In this document: positions 20,923 to 29,804 of the stretch, in pieces | Numbering within the stretch: position 1 is the stretch's first letter | Layout: every line of letters begins with the position of its first letter | Assembly (NCBI GenBank): GCA_029561145.1 | Contig: JAKQJM010000115.1 | Location: 2,162 to 66,161 of the forward strand | Length of the DNA: 64,000 nt | Origin: Pseudomonadota bacterium | GTDB lineage: Bacteria; Pseudomonadota; Gammaproteobacteria; Xanthomonadales; Rhodanobacteraceae | Reading direction: 5' to 3' | Notes under the pieces: model-generated | What the model was told of the DNA's origin: nothing | Seen by the model: the letters and a program-made list of their open reading frames with translations, nothing else | The model's database searches: none | Translations under genes and position numbers: made by a program

Positions 20923-22014
20923 ATGAGCGAAACCGTTGAGGAACGAGTCAGGAAGTTGATTTCAGGGATCATCGATCCGCACAGCGGACAGGACCTCGTT
21001 TCCGCTGGCGCACTGCGCGGTGTCGGTGTCTCGCAGGGGCGCGTGTCGATCGATATCCAGCTCGGCTATCCGGCGCTTTCCTGGCAGTCGACGTTGTCGA
21101 GCCAGGTCAAGGCTGCGCTTGAAGCGGACGCGATGATCGAGTCGGCTGCGGTCAGTGTCTCGTGCCGGGTCGGTGCGCATCGGGTCCAGGAAGGCCTGAC
21201 CCCAATGCCGAACATTCGCAACGTGATTGCGGTCGCTTCGGGCAAGGGCGGGGTCGGCAAATCGACGGTCGCCGCGAATCTCGCGTTGGCATTGCGCGCG
21301 GAAGGCGCCAGCGTCGGCGTACTCGACGCCGACATCTACGGTCCGAGCCAGCCGCGCATGCTCGGGCTTTCGGGCAAGCCCGATACCAAGGATGGCAACC
21401 GCATCGAGCCGAAGCTCAATCACGGCATCCAGGTCATGTCGATCGGCTTCCTGATCGAGGAAGACACGCCGATGATCTGGCGCGGACCGATGGTTACCCA
21501 GGCACTGCAGCAATTGCTCAGCGACACCAACTGGGTCGATCTCGACTACCTGGTCATCGACCTGCCACCCGGCACCGGCGACATCCAGCTGACCTTGTGC
21601 CAGCGCGTTCCGGTTTCCGGCGCGGTCATCGTCACCACGCCGCAGGACATCGCGCTGCTCGATGCGCGCAAGGCACTCAAGATGTTCGAGAAGGTCAATG
21701 TGCCGGTGCTCGGCATCATCGAGAACATGTCGACCCATCGATGCACCCACTGCGGCCATGAGGAACACCTGTTTGGCGAAGGCGGCGGCCAGCGCATGGC
21801 TGAACAGTACGGCGTGCCACTGCTTGGCGAGCTGCCGCTCGACATCCGCATCCGCGAGCAGGCCGACCAGGGCACGCCGGTTGTCGCGGCGCTGCCGGAT
21901 TCGGAAATTGCCAGCCGCTATCGCACGATCGCGCGCAATTCCGCCGCGCGTCTTTCGCTGCAGGCGCGCAACAAGTCGATCCAGTTCCCGAAGATCGTCA
22001 TCCAGAACACCTGA
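20923..22014 (+). CDS. apbC: Fe-S cluster carrier ApbC/Mrp
   Basis: ASGKGGVGKST, DADIYGPS, IWRGPM, DLPPGTGD, CTHC; start moved to MSETVEE. Confidence 0.97.
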   Translation: MSETVEERVRKLISGIIDPHSGQDLVSAGALRGVGVSQGRVSIDIQLGYPALSWQSTLSSQVKAALEADAMIESAAVSVSCRVGAHRVQEGLTPMPNIRNVIAVASGKGGVGKSTVAANLALALRAEGASVGVLDADIYGPSQPRMLGLSGKPDTKDGNRIEPKLNHGIQVMSIGFLIEEDTPMIWRGPMVTQALQQLLSDTNWVDLDYLVIDLPPGTGDIQLTLCQRVPVSGAVIVTTPQDIALLDARKALKMFEKVNVPVLGIIENMSTHRCTHCGHEEHLFGEGGGQRMAEQYGVPLLGELPLDIRIREQADQGTPVVAALPDSEIASRYRTIARNSAARLSLQARNKSIQFPKIVIQNT

Positions 22015-22016
22015 TC

Positions 22017-22616
22017 GTGGGTGTCCGTTTCCTCTCCGCGGTCCTGTGCCTGTTCGCGCTCGCGGCCTCGGCGCGGGCCGATGACGCGCTCGAGCGCCTG
22101 CTTGCGGCGGCAATTGCCCAGGTCGGCGTGACGACATCCTACGAACAGGCCTACGCGGCACTGGACTATCCGGGCGGCGACGTGCCGATCGCGCAGGGCG
22201 TCTGTTCCGACGTGGTGATCCGCGCGATGCGTGCAATCGGCGTGGACCTGCAGGTCGAGGTTCATCGCGACATGCGCGCGCATTTCAGCACCTATCCGGC
22301 ACTTTGGGGATTGCGCCGCCCGGATCCGAACATCGACCACCGGCGGGTTCCGAATCTCGAGACCTGGCTCGCGCGTCAGGACAGAAGCAGGCCGGTCTCG
22401 GTCGATCCGGCGGACTATCTGCCCGGCGATTTCGTATCGTGGCGCCTGGACGGGGGCCTCGCGCATATCGGCATCGTCGCCGACCTGCGCAGCGCGGATC
22501 TCCAGCGCCCCCTGATCATTCACAATATCGGCGCCGGAGCCCGCGTCGAGGACGTCCTGTTCGCCTGGAAGGTGAATGGGCACTATCGCTGGCTGCCGCT
22601 GCCCGCGCGCCGGTGA
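22017..22616 (+). CDS. DUF1287 (YijF-like) exported protein, putative papain-like/NlpC fold
   Basis: Signal peptide; [48 protein letters not shown]. Confidence 0.85.
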   Translation: MGVRFLSAVLCLFALAASARADDALERLLAAAIAQVGVTTSYEQAYAALDYPGGDVPIAQGVCSDVVIRAMRAIGVDLQVEVHRDMRAHFSTYPALWGLRRPDPNIDHRRVPNLETWLARQDRSRPVSVDPADYLPGDFVSWRLDGGLAHIGIVADLRSADLQRPLIIHNIGAGARVEDVLFAWKVNGHYRWLPLPARR

Positions 22617-22665
22617 CCGCATTGGCTTCGTTGTCCCACCCAATCAACCGCAATCGAGAGACTTC

Positions 22666-23235
22666 ATGAGCATCAAATCGGATCGATGGATACGCCACAT
22701 GGCTGAACAGCAGCGGATGATCGAACCGTTCGAGCCGGGCCAGGTCAAGCTGAACGCCTCGGGTGGGCGGATGATCTCTTATGGAACATCGAGTTACGGC
22801 TACGACGTGCGCTGTGCCGCCGAGTTCAAGATCTTCACCAACATCAATTCAACGATCGTCGACCCGAAGCATTTCGAGTCGGGAAACTTCGTCGATTTCA
22901 GTGGCGACGTCTGCATCATCCCGCCCAACTCGTTCGCGCTGGCGCGCACCGTCGAATACTTCCGCATACCACGCAAGGTGTTGACGATCTGCCTCGGCAA
23001 ATCGACGTATGCGCGTTGCGGGATCATCGTCAACGTGACCCCGCTGGAACCCGAATGGGAAGGTCACGTGACGCTCGAGTTCTCGAACACGACCCCGCTG
23101 CCGGCACGCATCTACGCAAACGAAGGCGTGGCCCAGATGCTGTTCCTCGAATCGGATGAAGAGTGCGAAACGAGCTACCGGGACCGTGGTGGCAAATACA
23201 TGGGCCAGGTCGGGGTGACCCTGCCGCGGACTTGA
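22666..23235 (+). CDS. dcd: dCTP deaminase
   Basis: [44 protein letters not shown]. Confidence 0.98.
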   Translation: MSIKSDRWIRHMAEQQRMIEPFEPGQVKLNASGGRMISYGTSSYGYDVRCAAEFKIFTNINSTIVDPKHFESGNFVDFSGDVCIIPPNSFALARTVEYFRIPRKVLTICLGKSTYARCGIIVNVTPLEPEWEGHVTLEFSNTTPLPARIYANEGVAQMLFLESDEECETSYRDRGGKYMGQVGVTLPRT

Positions 23236-23283
23236 GCATCGGTGGTAGGCTTGCCGTCTTGTCAGATTCCGGAGTGTGGCTAC

Positions 23284-23700
23284 ATGGGTTTTGCGATCAA
23301 GCTTCAACCGTTTCGACTGTTGATCCTGTTGCTCGTCGTGCTCGCCCTCGCGGCCTGCGCGGGCGGCAGGAAGACTGCCGCGAATCTCGCGCCGGTCGTC
23401 GTGCCCCCGACATTCGATGTAACCCTGGTGGCAGCGAAGGAAGGCCAGTTCGACTACCAGAACGTGCCACTCACCGCCGAAGACCTTCGCGCCGCGCTCA
23501 ATTTCCGCAAGGAGCAGTCGTTGCCGATGGCCACCGTGCTGCTCACGCGCGGCGAGAAGCAGAAGGTCAAGGACAACCATATCGTTGCCCTGGCGCGGGT
23601 TGCAGTAGCGCTCGGGTTCAAGGCCTACGTCAATGACGACGGCGAGATCAACGAAATCCGCACGACGGTCAAGAGTGCGGAAAACTCAGAAGGGGAATGA
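23284..23700 (+). CDS. Lipoprotein with ExbD/TolR-periplasmic-domain-like sequence pattern
   Basis: Lipobox LAAC; vtl..keGqf......L.....V.L pattern; start uncertain. Confidence 0.6.
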   Translation: MGFAIKLQPFRLLILLLVVLALAACAGGRKTAANLAPVVVPPTFDVTLVAAKEGQFDYQNVPLTAEDLRAALNFRKEQSLPMATVLLTRGEKQKVKDNHIVALARVAVALGFKAYVNDDGEINEIRTTVKSAENSEGE

Positions 23701-23701
23701 A

Positions 23702-24058
23702 ATGACAAGCATGATTCGTGGCTTGCGCGTTGTCGCCGCATCCGTCCTGCTCGGCGTGTTCATGGCCGGCGCCGTGCATGCCGGAGATATCCGCGATGGC
23801 CGGGCCATCGTCACTCCGATGAAGGACGGCCAGTACAGGATCGATAGCTACACGTTCGGCAAGGCTGAACTTTTCGGATACATCAGCGACCTCAAGGAAA
23901 CGAAGAAGATCACCGGGATCGTGTTGAAGAATGGGCGCAGCGACGACAAGAAGGCATCCGAGGAACAGCGCCATTCGGTCGCCAGTATCGGCAATACCTT
24001 GCAACTTGAAACCTTCACCCAGGATGGCAAGGAACTCACGCCGCTGTCGATGGAGTAG
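23702..24058 (+). CDS. Secreted protein, apparent paralogue of the upstream ExbD-like lipoprotein
   Basis: Signal peptide ending AVHA; aligns by eye with the 23284-23700 product. Confidence 0.6.
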   Translation: MTSMIRGLRVVAASVLLGVFMAGAVHAGDIRDGRAIVTPMKDGQYRIDSYTFGKAELFGYISDLKETKKITGIVLKNGRSDDKKASEEQRHSVASIGNTLQLETFTQDGKELTPLSME

Positions 24059-24140
24059 CTTTCCGCGCGTTGACCAGGCCGCCCGAGGATTCTGGCAGGC
24101 CTTGGCCAGCCCGCGTCGTACTTCCCGTTACGCGAGCACG

Positions 24141-24794
24141 ATGGCGTGGATCCTCGGTGCCGGCCTGCTCGCTTTCGGCAGCGGCGCAAGCATGGCTGCC
24201 AACCCGCTGAGTGTCTGGAAAGAGCGCCTGTTCGGCGAACGCACGATCCAGTCGCCGATCCGCGAAGCGTCGCCGGAAGGCGTGGTCCTGCTTGGCCTCA
24301 AGCGTCCGGAACGCCTGCGCATTGGTCCCGATGCCGATCAGCGCGATTTTCCGAAAGGCAAGAGTCGCTACCGCGAAATCGAACTGCAGCGCGAGTTCGA
24401 GCATGTCGCCCTGCGGATCCAGGTGCTTGCACAGCCGAACCCGAAGGGACGCGGCAACGTGGTCTTCAATCCGATCGTCTATGTGATCGGTGATGACGAC
24501 AAGGTTCGCGACAGCAAGCCGGCCGATCCCCTGGTCCTCGATATCCGGCCGTTCAAGCCAACCCGCCTGCTGGCCTGCATCCCGCTCGACAAAGTCCGGA
24601 GGATTGCCGTTGCGACCCCGGAATCCGCGCGCGGGAAGTCCTACGAATCGAAGGCACGCGACAAGGTGAAGGCGTCGAGCAAGGATGGATTCTTCTATGC
24701 GACCGATCCGGTCAAGGTCAGCCTGCCGTATGCCGATACCGGCGACCTGATCGTCGAGGTGATTCGCGCGGACAACAAAGGCGAGGGTTGCTGA
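24141..24794 (+). CDS. Exported hypothetical protein, possibly MalM-like
   Basis: Signal-like N-terminus, beta-rich body (VFNPIVYVIGDD); family call weak. Confidence 0.55.
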   Translation: MAWILGAGLLAFGSGASMAANPLSVWKERLFGERTIQSPIREASPEGVVLLGLKRPERLRIGPDADQRDFPKGKSRYREIELQREFEHVALRIQVLAQPNPKGRGNVVFNPIVYVIGDDDKVRDSKPADPLVLDIRPFKPTRLLACIPLDKVRRIAVATPESARGKSYESKARDKVKASSKDGFFYATDPVKVSLPYADTGDLIVEVIRADNKGEGC

Positions 24795-24803
24795 GTCGCT
24801 TCG

Positions 24804-25457
24804 TCAGTGAGTGGTCCCGCCTGAAATCGGCAGATCTTCGTGGATGCGCAGGGCGCATGCGATGGCTTTCCTGATTGCGTACACCATCGTGTCGAGTGCC
24901 ATGTCTGGATCACCGGGATGCCGCGCCGACTGTTGTGGCAGCCACGGCACATGGATGAATCCGCCGCGAGCCGACTCGTGCTCGCTGGCCAGCAGGTGCG
25001 CCAGCCAGTAGAAGATCTGATTGCAGACATAGCTGCCGGCACTCAGCGAAAGCGTCGAATGCACGCCATGCGCCGACAATTCCGCATGCATGGCCTTGAC
25101 CGGCAGGGTCGAGAAGTACGCGCCGGGACCTCCCTCGAGGACCTCCGCGTCAATCGGCTGCAAGCCTGCATTGTCGGCGATGCGGGCATCGATCAGGTTG
25201 ATCGCCACGCGTTCGAACGAAATGCCGGCCCGGCCGCCGGCCTGACCCAAGGCGACGACCAGCGTCGGCTTATGCCGATCAAGCAGCTCCGCGAGGACCA
25301 GCGGAGCATCGCTGAACGAGACCGGCAGCACGCCCGAGACGATACGGTGAGCCTCGATCGTCTCGCCTGCAAGCTGGTTGGCGATCTCCGCGGAGGGGTT
25401 GATCGTGTCGCCGGCGAAAGGCTCGAAGCCGAGCACGAGCACGACGGGCCCGCTCAC
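24804..25457 (-). CDS. pcp: Pyroglutamyl-peptidase I
   Basis: GFEPF, ERVAIN, SAGSYVCN (catalytic Cys), GFIHVP. Confidence 0.96.
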   Translation of the reverse strand: MSGPVVLVLGFEPFAGDTINPSAEIANQLAGETIEAHRIVSGVLPVSFSDAPLVLAELLDRHKPTLVVALGQAGGRAGISFERVAINLIDARIADNAGLQPIDAEVLEGGPGAYFSTLPVKAMHAELSAHGVHSTLSLSAGSYVCNQIFYWLAHLLASEHESARGGFIHVPWLPQQSARHPGDPDMALDTMVYAIRKAIACALRIHEDLPISGGTTH

Positions 25458-26425
25458 CGGAACACCAGCACGATCATCAGCAGGATATTGACGACCATCA
25501 GCGCGAGCGCGGTGGGAACCTGCGATCGGATCACGCCGTACTGGTCAGGCAGTTCGAGCAGGACGGCGGGCACGATATTGAAGTTGGCCGCCATCGGCGT
25601 CAGCAGGGTGCCGCAATAGCCGGTCAGCATGCCGATCGCGCCGAGCACGGCAGGATCGGCACCGTGCCTGAGGATCAGCAAGGGCAGGCCGATGCCGGCC
25701 ATCATGACCGGGAATGCGGCAAATGCATTGCCCATGATGATCGTGAAAAAGACCATGCCGAGCGCGAAGGCGAGCAGACAGGCGATGCGGCTGTCGATCG
25801 GTATGACGGCGGCAGTGAGCGCAGCAATCGTGTCGCCGACTCCGGTCGCCGCAAACACGCCGCCGAGGGTAGCCAGGATCATCGGCAGCAATACCGCCCA
25901 ACTCAGCGAATCGAGCAGTCGGCGCCCCTCGAGTATCGATTGCATCGGTCGCGCACGAGTGCTGCGCAGGGCCGCACCAAGCGCAAGGATGCTGGCCAGC
26001 CCGAGCGCAGTCAGGGTAAGGTTTTTCGGATCGAGCAGGTTGATGCCCCGCGACGACAGGAATTTTCCGCCGAGATACAGCGCAACCGTCAGCAGCGGAA
26101 TCGCCAGTGCCGGGGTGAACAGGCGGTTTCCGAGGCGCGTTGCCGATGCGACACGGCGCTCGTGTTCGCCTAGAGCGTCCGCCGTGACGCGTTGTCGTCC
26201 TCGCGCAGCGAGCAGGCCGAGTGCAATGACGCCGACGCCCATTGCCTGCGCAGGCCATTTTTCGCCGTGTGTCGTGGCGGCAAGGATCAAGTCGCCGAGC
26301 ACGAAGGGTCCGGCCAGGATCATCCAGAATGCGGCGATCGAATAGTGCCGTTCGCGCAGGTTGAGCAGGGCTGTCGCAATCAGGAATGCACCGACCAGCC
26401 AGTAGAGATACTCAAGGCGCAGCAT
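25454..26425 (-). CDS. DUF979 membrane protein (proposed 5-oxoproline transporter subunit)
   Basis: FTIIMGNAFAAFPVM, GYCGTLLTPMAANFNIVP; pxp/pcp context. Confidence 0.9.
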   Translation of the reverse strand: MLRLEYLYWLVGAFLIATALLNLRERHYSIAAFWMILAGPFVLGDLILAATTHGEKWPAQAMGVGVIALGLLAARGRQRVTADALGEHERRVASATRLGNRLFTPALAIPLLTVALYLGGKFLSSRGINLLDPKNLTLTALGLASILALGAALRSTRARPMQSILEGRRLLDSLSWAVLLPMILATLGGVFAATGVGDTIAALTAAVIPIDSRIACLLAFALGMVFFTIIMGNAFAAFPVMMAGIGLPLLILRHGADPAVLGAIGMLTGYCGTLLTPMAANFNIVPAVLLELPDQYGVIRSQVPTALALMVVNILLMIVLVFR

Positions 26426-27128
26426 CGGCTGCCCCGTTGGCGCGTTTGCGTTCGCGTTCGAGGCGCCGTTGCAACAGGCGCACGCGCAACGCATGGATGA
26501 CGAAGGCGGCGATCGCGGTGGGCAGTGCCCAGAGCGAGATCGCCAGCGGTTCGAGCACGATGTCGTTGCGCGCATAGAAGCCCTGGATCAGCAACACCGC
26601 GCCGAACGCCATGAACACGTCCTCGCCGAAAAACAGGCCGACATTGTCGGTCGCGGCCGCGCTGGCGCGTACGGTCGCGCGTTCGGCGTCGCTGAGCGGG
26701 CCGCCGAGGGTGCGTTCGGCAGCGGCTTCGCTCATCGGCGCGACGAGCGGCCGTACCGTCTGCGGGTGACCCGCGACATGGGTCAGGCCGATCATGCTGA
26801 GCAGTTGGCGCAGGCCGAGATAGGCGACCTGGAAACGGGTCAGGGTCAGCCCGCGGAAACCGCTGATCCAGTTGCGCGCGTGTTCGCGCAGACCGTAGTG
26901 CTCGAGCAGGCCGATCACCGGCAGGGTCAGCAGAAACAGCAACAGGGTCCGGTTCTCGACGAAGGTCTGGCCGAGCAAGGCAAGCAGGTCGGGAACACGG
27001 ATGCCGGCCGCCAGTGCACTGACGACGCCGGCGATCACCACGACCAGCACCGGATTGCGACGCAGCGCAAATCCCGCGATCACGGTCGCGACGCCGAGCA
27101 GGGGCCAGTAGTTGATGGATTCCGGCAT
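26412..27128 (-). CDS. DUF969 membrane protein (proposed 5-oxoproline transporter subunit)
   Basis: GHPQTVRPLVAPMSEAA, DNVGLFFGED. Confidence 0.9.
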   Translation of the reverse strand: MPESINYWPLLGVATVIAGFALRRNPVLVVVIAGVVSALAAGIRVPDLLALLGQTFVENRTLLLFLLTLPVIGLLEHYGLREHARNWISGFRGLTLTRFQVAYLGLRQLLSMIGLTHVAGHPQTVRPLVAPMSEAAAERTLGGPLSDAERATVRASAAATDNVGLFFGEDVFMAFGAVLLIQGFYARNDIVLEPLAISLWALPTAIAAFVIHALRVRLLQRRLERERKRANGAADAAP

Positions 27129-27141
27129 GACTAGCTCCTGG

Positions 27142-27930
27142 TCATCCTGCGGATCCTGGCCGCGGTTCGCGTGACGAGTGCAGTCGTCCGCCCGCGCCGA
27201 TGCCGAAGCCGGCTTCGTGGAAGGCATCGCGCAGGCGCCGCGCGAGTTCGACGGCGTCTTCGCGGTCGCCATGCAGGCATAGCGTGTCGGCGTTCACCGC
27301 CAGTCGCGTGCCATCGAGCGTATCGACCGCAGCCTCTCGCAGGATCGACAGCGCCTGGGCGATCGCATGCCCGATATCGCCGATCACTGCTCCCGCTGCA
27401 CCGCGCGGGGCGAGGCTGCCGTCCGCAAGGTAGCGACGGTCGATGAAGGCTTCGTGGGCAACCTGCAGGCCCGCGCGCAGACCTGCCGCAGGCAGTTCGC
27501 TGCCGGCAAGGCCGACCAGAACCAGTTGCGCGTCGAAATCGCGCACGCACCCGGCGATCGAGTCTGCGAGCCTCGCGTCACCCGCTGCCTGGTTGTAGAG
27601 CGCGCCATGCGGCTTGACGTGGGCGAGCCGGATGCCTTCCGCACGCGACAATGCAGCGAGTCGCTGCAGCTGTTCGCCAACCAGCGCGTGGACCTCGGCC
27701 GGAGTCAATTGCAAGGCGCGCCGGCCAAACTGTTCGCGATCGGCGTAGCCCGGGTGCGCTCCTGCGACGACGCCGAACTCGCGGCACAGGCGCAGCGTCT
27801 CGCGCATGCTGTCATCGTCACCGGCGTGTGCGCCGCAGGCGATGTTCGCCGAGCTGATCAGCGGCATGATCGCCGCGTCATTTCCGCAACCTTCACCGAG
27901 GTCGCAGTTGAGATCAATGCGGCGGAGCAT
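27142..27930 (-). CDS. pxpA: 5-oxoprolinase subunit A (LamB/YcsF)
   Basis: IDLNCDLGE, SANIACGAHAGD, HVKPHGALYN, TLCLHGD. Confidence 0.96.
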   Translation of the reverse strand: MLRRIDLNCDLGEGCGNDAAIMPLISSANIACGAHAGDDDSMRETLRLCREFGVVAGAHPGYADREQFGRRALQLTPAEVHALVGEQLQRLAALSRAEGIRLAHVKPHGALYNQAAGDARLADSIAGCVRDFDAQLVLVGLAGSELPAAGLRAGLQVAHEAFIDRRYLADGSLAPRGAAGAVIGDIGHAIAQALSILREAAVDTLDGTRLAVNADTLCLHGDREDAVELARRLRDAFHEAGFGIGAGGRLHSSREPRPGSAG

Positions 27931-27942
27931 GTCGAGGTCGAC

Positions 27943-29733
27943 TCAGTGGGCCGGTGGTCCAAGTGCAGGCGCCTGCCAGAGCACGGCTTCCGGTTTGCCG
28001 CCGAGCATCTGCGCACGCACCAGCGGAATCGGCGGGCCGCCGAAGCTCAGAAATGCATCATGGAATGCCTTCCAGCCCGCGCGACCGCCATGCGTTGCGG
28101 TCCAGTCTTCGCGCAACTGCATGATCATGAGCTTGCCGAGGGTGTAGTTGAGGTAGCCCGGATCGTAGGTGCCGCGCGCCGCCTGCTGGCGCGCATTGCC
28201 GGGATCCTGGAAACCCTGCTCGCGGAACATTGTCTCGGATTCGGCCAACGTCATCGTCCCGGTGTGCATGCCGATCGCGGAAAGGAAACGCACGTTGCGC
28301 AGCAGGGCTTCACTGAGCTGGCCGATGTGCGCTTCCGCGGAAGAATCCCCAAGGCCGGCGTCGAACATCATCTCCTCGGTGTAGTGCGCCCAGCCTTCGG
28401 CATAGGCATAGCCGACAAACAGGCGTCCAAACGTCCACTTCGCGCGATTGGCATGCAGGAACTGCAGGAAATGCCCGGGCCACACTTCGTGCGCCGAAGT
28501 GAACAGCAGCACGTCGCGGCCCGGCACGTAGGCATCCTGCTCGGCCTGCGGCCAGGTCGGATCGGGCGGCGCGATGTAGTAGGTCGACGGCAGATTGGTC
28601 TCGTAGGGCCCCGGTATCTCGATGTAGGCGAAATTCCAGCGATTGAACGGCGGAGCTTCGTCGACCAGGGCTTCCTCGGTTCCCGGAATCGTGACGAGAT
28701 CCTTGTCGACAAGGAACTGGCGCAGGCTGGCCAATTGCCTGCGCGCGCCTTCGACCGCGCCGCCTTCGGGCTTGTCCTCGCCGACCTTGAGCACGCATTG
28801 TTCGAGTGACTTGCCCGCTGCGAAATCGTGGCAGGCCGCCTTCAACGATTCGAGATTGCGGGAAAGATCGGCTTCGCCGAGGGCCTTGAGCTTGTCGAGA
28901 GGAATGTCGACGCGTTCGCTGGCATGCAGCATCTTGCTGAATTTCTCCGCGCCAAGCGCGAAATCGCCATTGGCGGTCGCCTTTTGCGCCGCGTACCAGT
29001 CGGCCATATCCCGGGTCGCCTTGATCGCGGCGGCATTCGACGCCTTGAAGCGCGCCTGCAGCGCCTCGTCGTGGATGTCGGCAAAGATCGCGGGCACATC
29101 GTCGCTGAAGAAACTCGAGTAACCGCCGAACGTGGCGACGCCGAGATCGACATACGAGGCCGGCAGCGGCGTCTTCATGTTTGCGCGGATCTGTTCGATC
29201 GCCTTCGGCAGCGCTTCCTGGTAGGCGACAAAGGCCGCCATGCGCTGGGCCAGCAGTGCATAGGGCCGGGTCAGGTACATGCTCGGCGAAAGGTCGCCTG
29301 CATAGAAAGCCGGATTGTTGTACGGGAAACCCGAATCCTCCAGCGTGAACAACTGGCCATCGATGACGGCCAGTACATACTCGCGCTGGAAACGCTGCCC
29401 GGCATCGAGCCGGTCATCGCCGAAGGCGGCGATTGCATCGCGCTGCGCGTGCAGCCAACCGGCCGTCGCGGTCAACGCCGCGGCCGAATAGTCCGGCAGC
29501 TTCCCGTCGTACTCGTGTTTGCCGGCACTCGCGGCAAACGTCGGGTAGTGATCGAAGTAGGCGTCGATGAAGGCATCGACGGTCGCGTCCCAGGAGGCAG
29601 CTTCGCTGGCCGTCGCAGGAACCGCTTGTGGCGCGGATCCGGCCTTGGGCGTGGACTCGGCGGATTGCCGGCAAGCGCCCAGCAGCAGGCATGCAAGCAG
29701 GGCAGCAAGCGGCAGGGTGCGGAACGCTGGCAT
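27943..29733 (-). CDS. DUF885-family lipoprotein, putative zincin-like metallopeptidase
   Basis: Lipobox LLGAC; HEVWPGHFLQ and AEGWAHYTE motifs; FHDAFLSFGGPPI tail. Confidence 0.85.
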   Translation of the reverse strand: MPAFRTLPLAALLACLLLGACRQSAESTPKAGSAPQAVPATASEAASWDATVDAFIDAYFDHYPTFAASAGKHEYDGKLPDYSAAALTATAGWLHAQRDAIAAFGDDRLDAGQRFQREYVLAVIDGQLFTLEDSGFPYNNPAFYAGDLSPSMYLTRPYALLAQRMAAFVAYQEALPKAIEQIRANMKTPLPASYVDLGVATFGGYSSFFSDDVPAIFADIHDEALQARFKASNAAAIKATRDMADWYAAQKATANGDFALGAEKFSKMLHASERVDIPLDKLKALGEADLSRNLESLKAACHDFAAGKSLEQCVLKVGEDKPEGGAVEGARRQLASLRQFLVDKDLVTIPGTEEALVDEAPPFNRWNFAYIEIPGPYETNLPSTYYIAPPDPTWPQAEQDAYVPGRDVLLFTSAHEVWPGHFLQFLHANRAKWTFGRLFVGYAYAEGWAHYTEEMMFDAGLGDSSAEAHIGQLSEALLRNVRFLSAIGMHTGTMTLAESETMFREQGFQDPGNARQQAARGTYDPGYLNYTLGKLMIMQLREDWTATHGGRAGWKAFHDAFLSFGGPPIPLVRAQMLGGKPEAVLWQAPALGPPAH

Positions 29734-29804
29734 CGCTGAACTCCGGTCTGGAAACGTTCGAGACTAGGCAATTGCACGCAGGCGTGCAATCAGCAGAAGT
29801 CACG

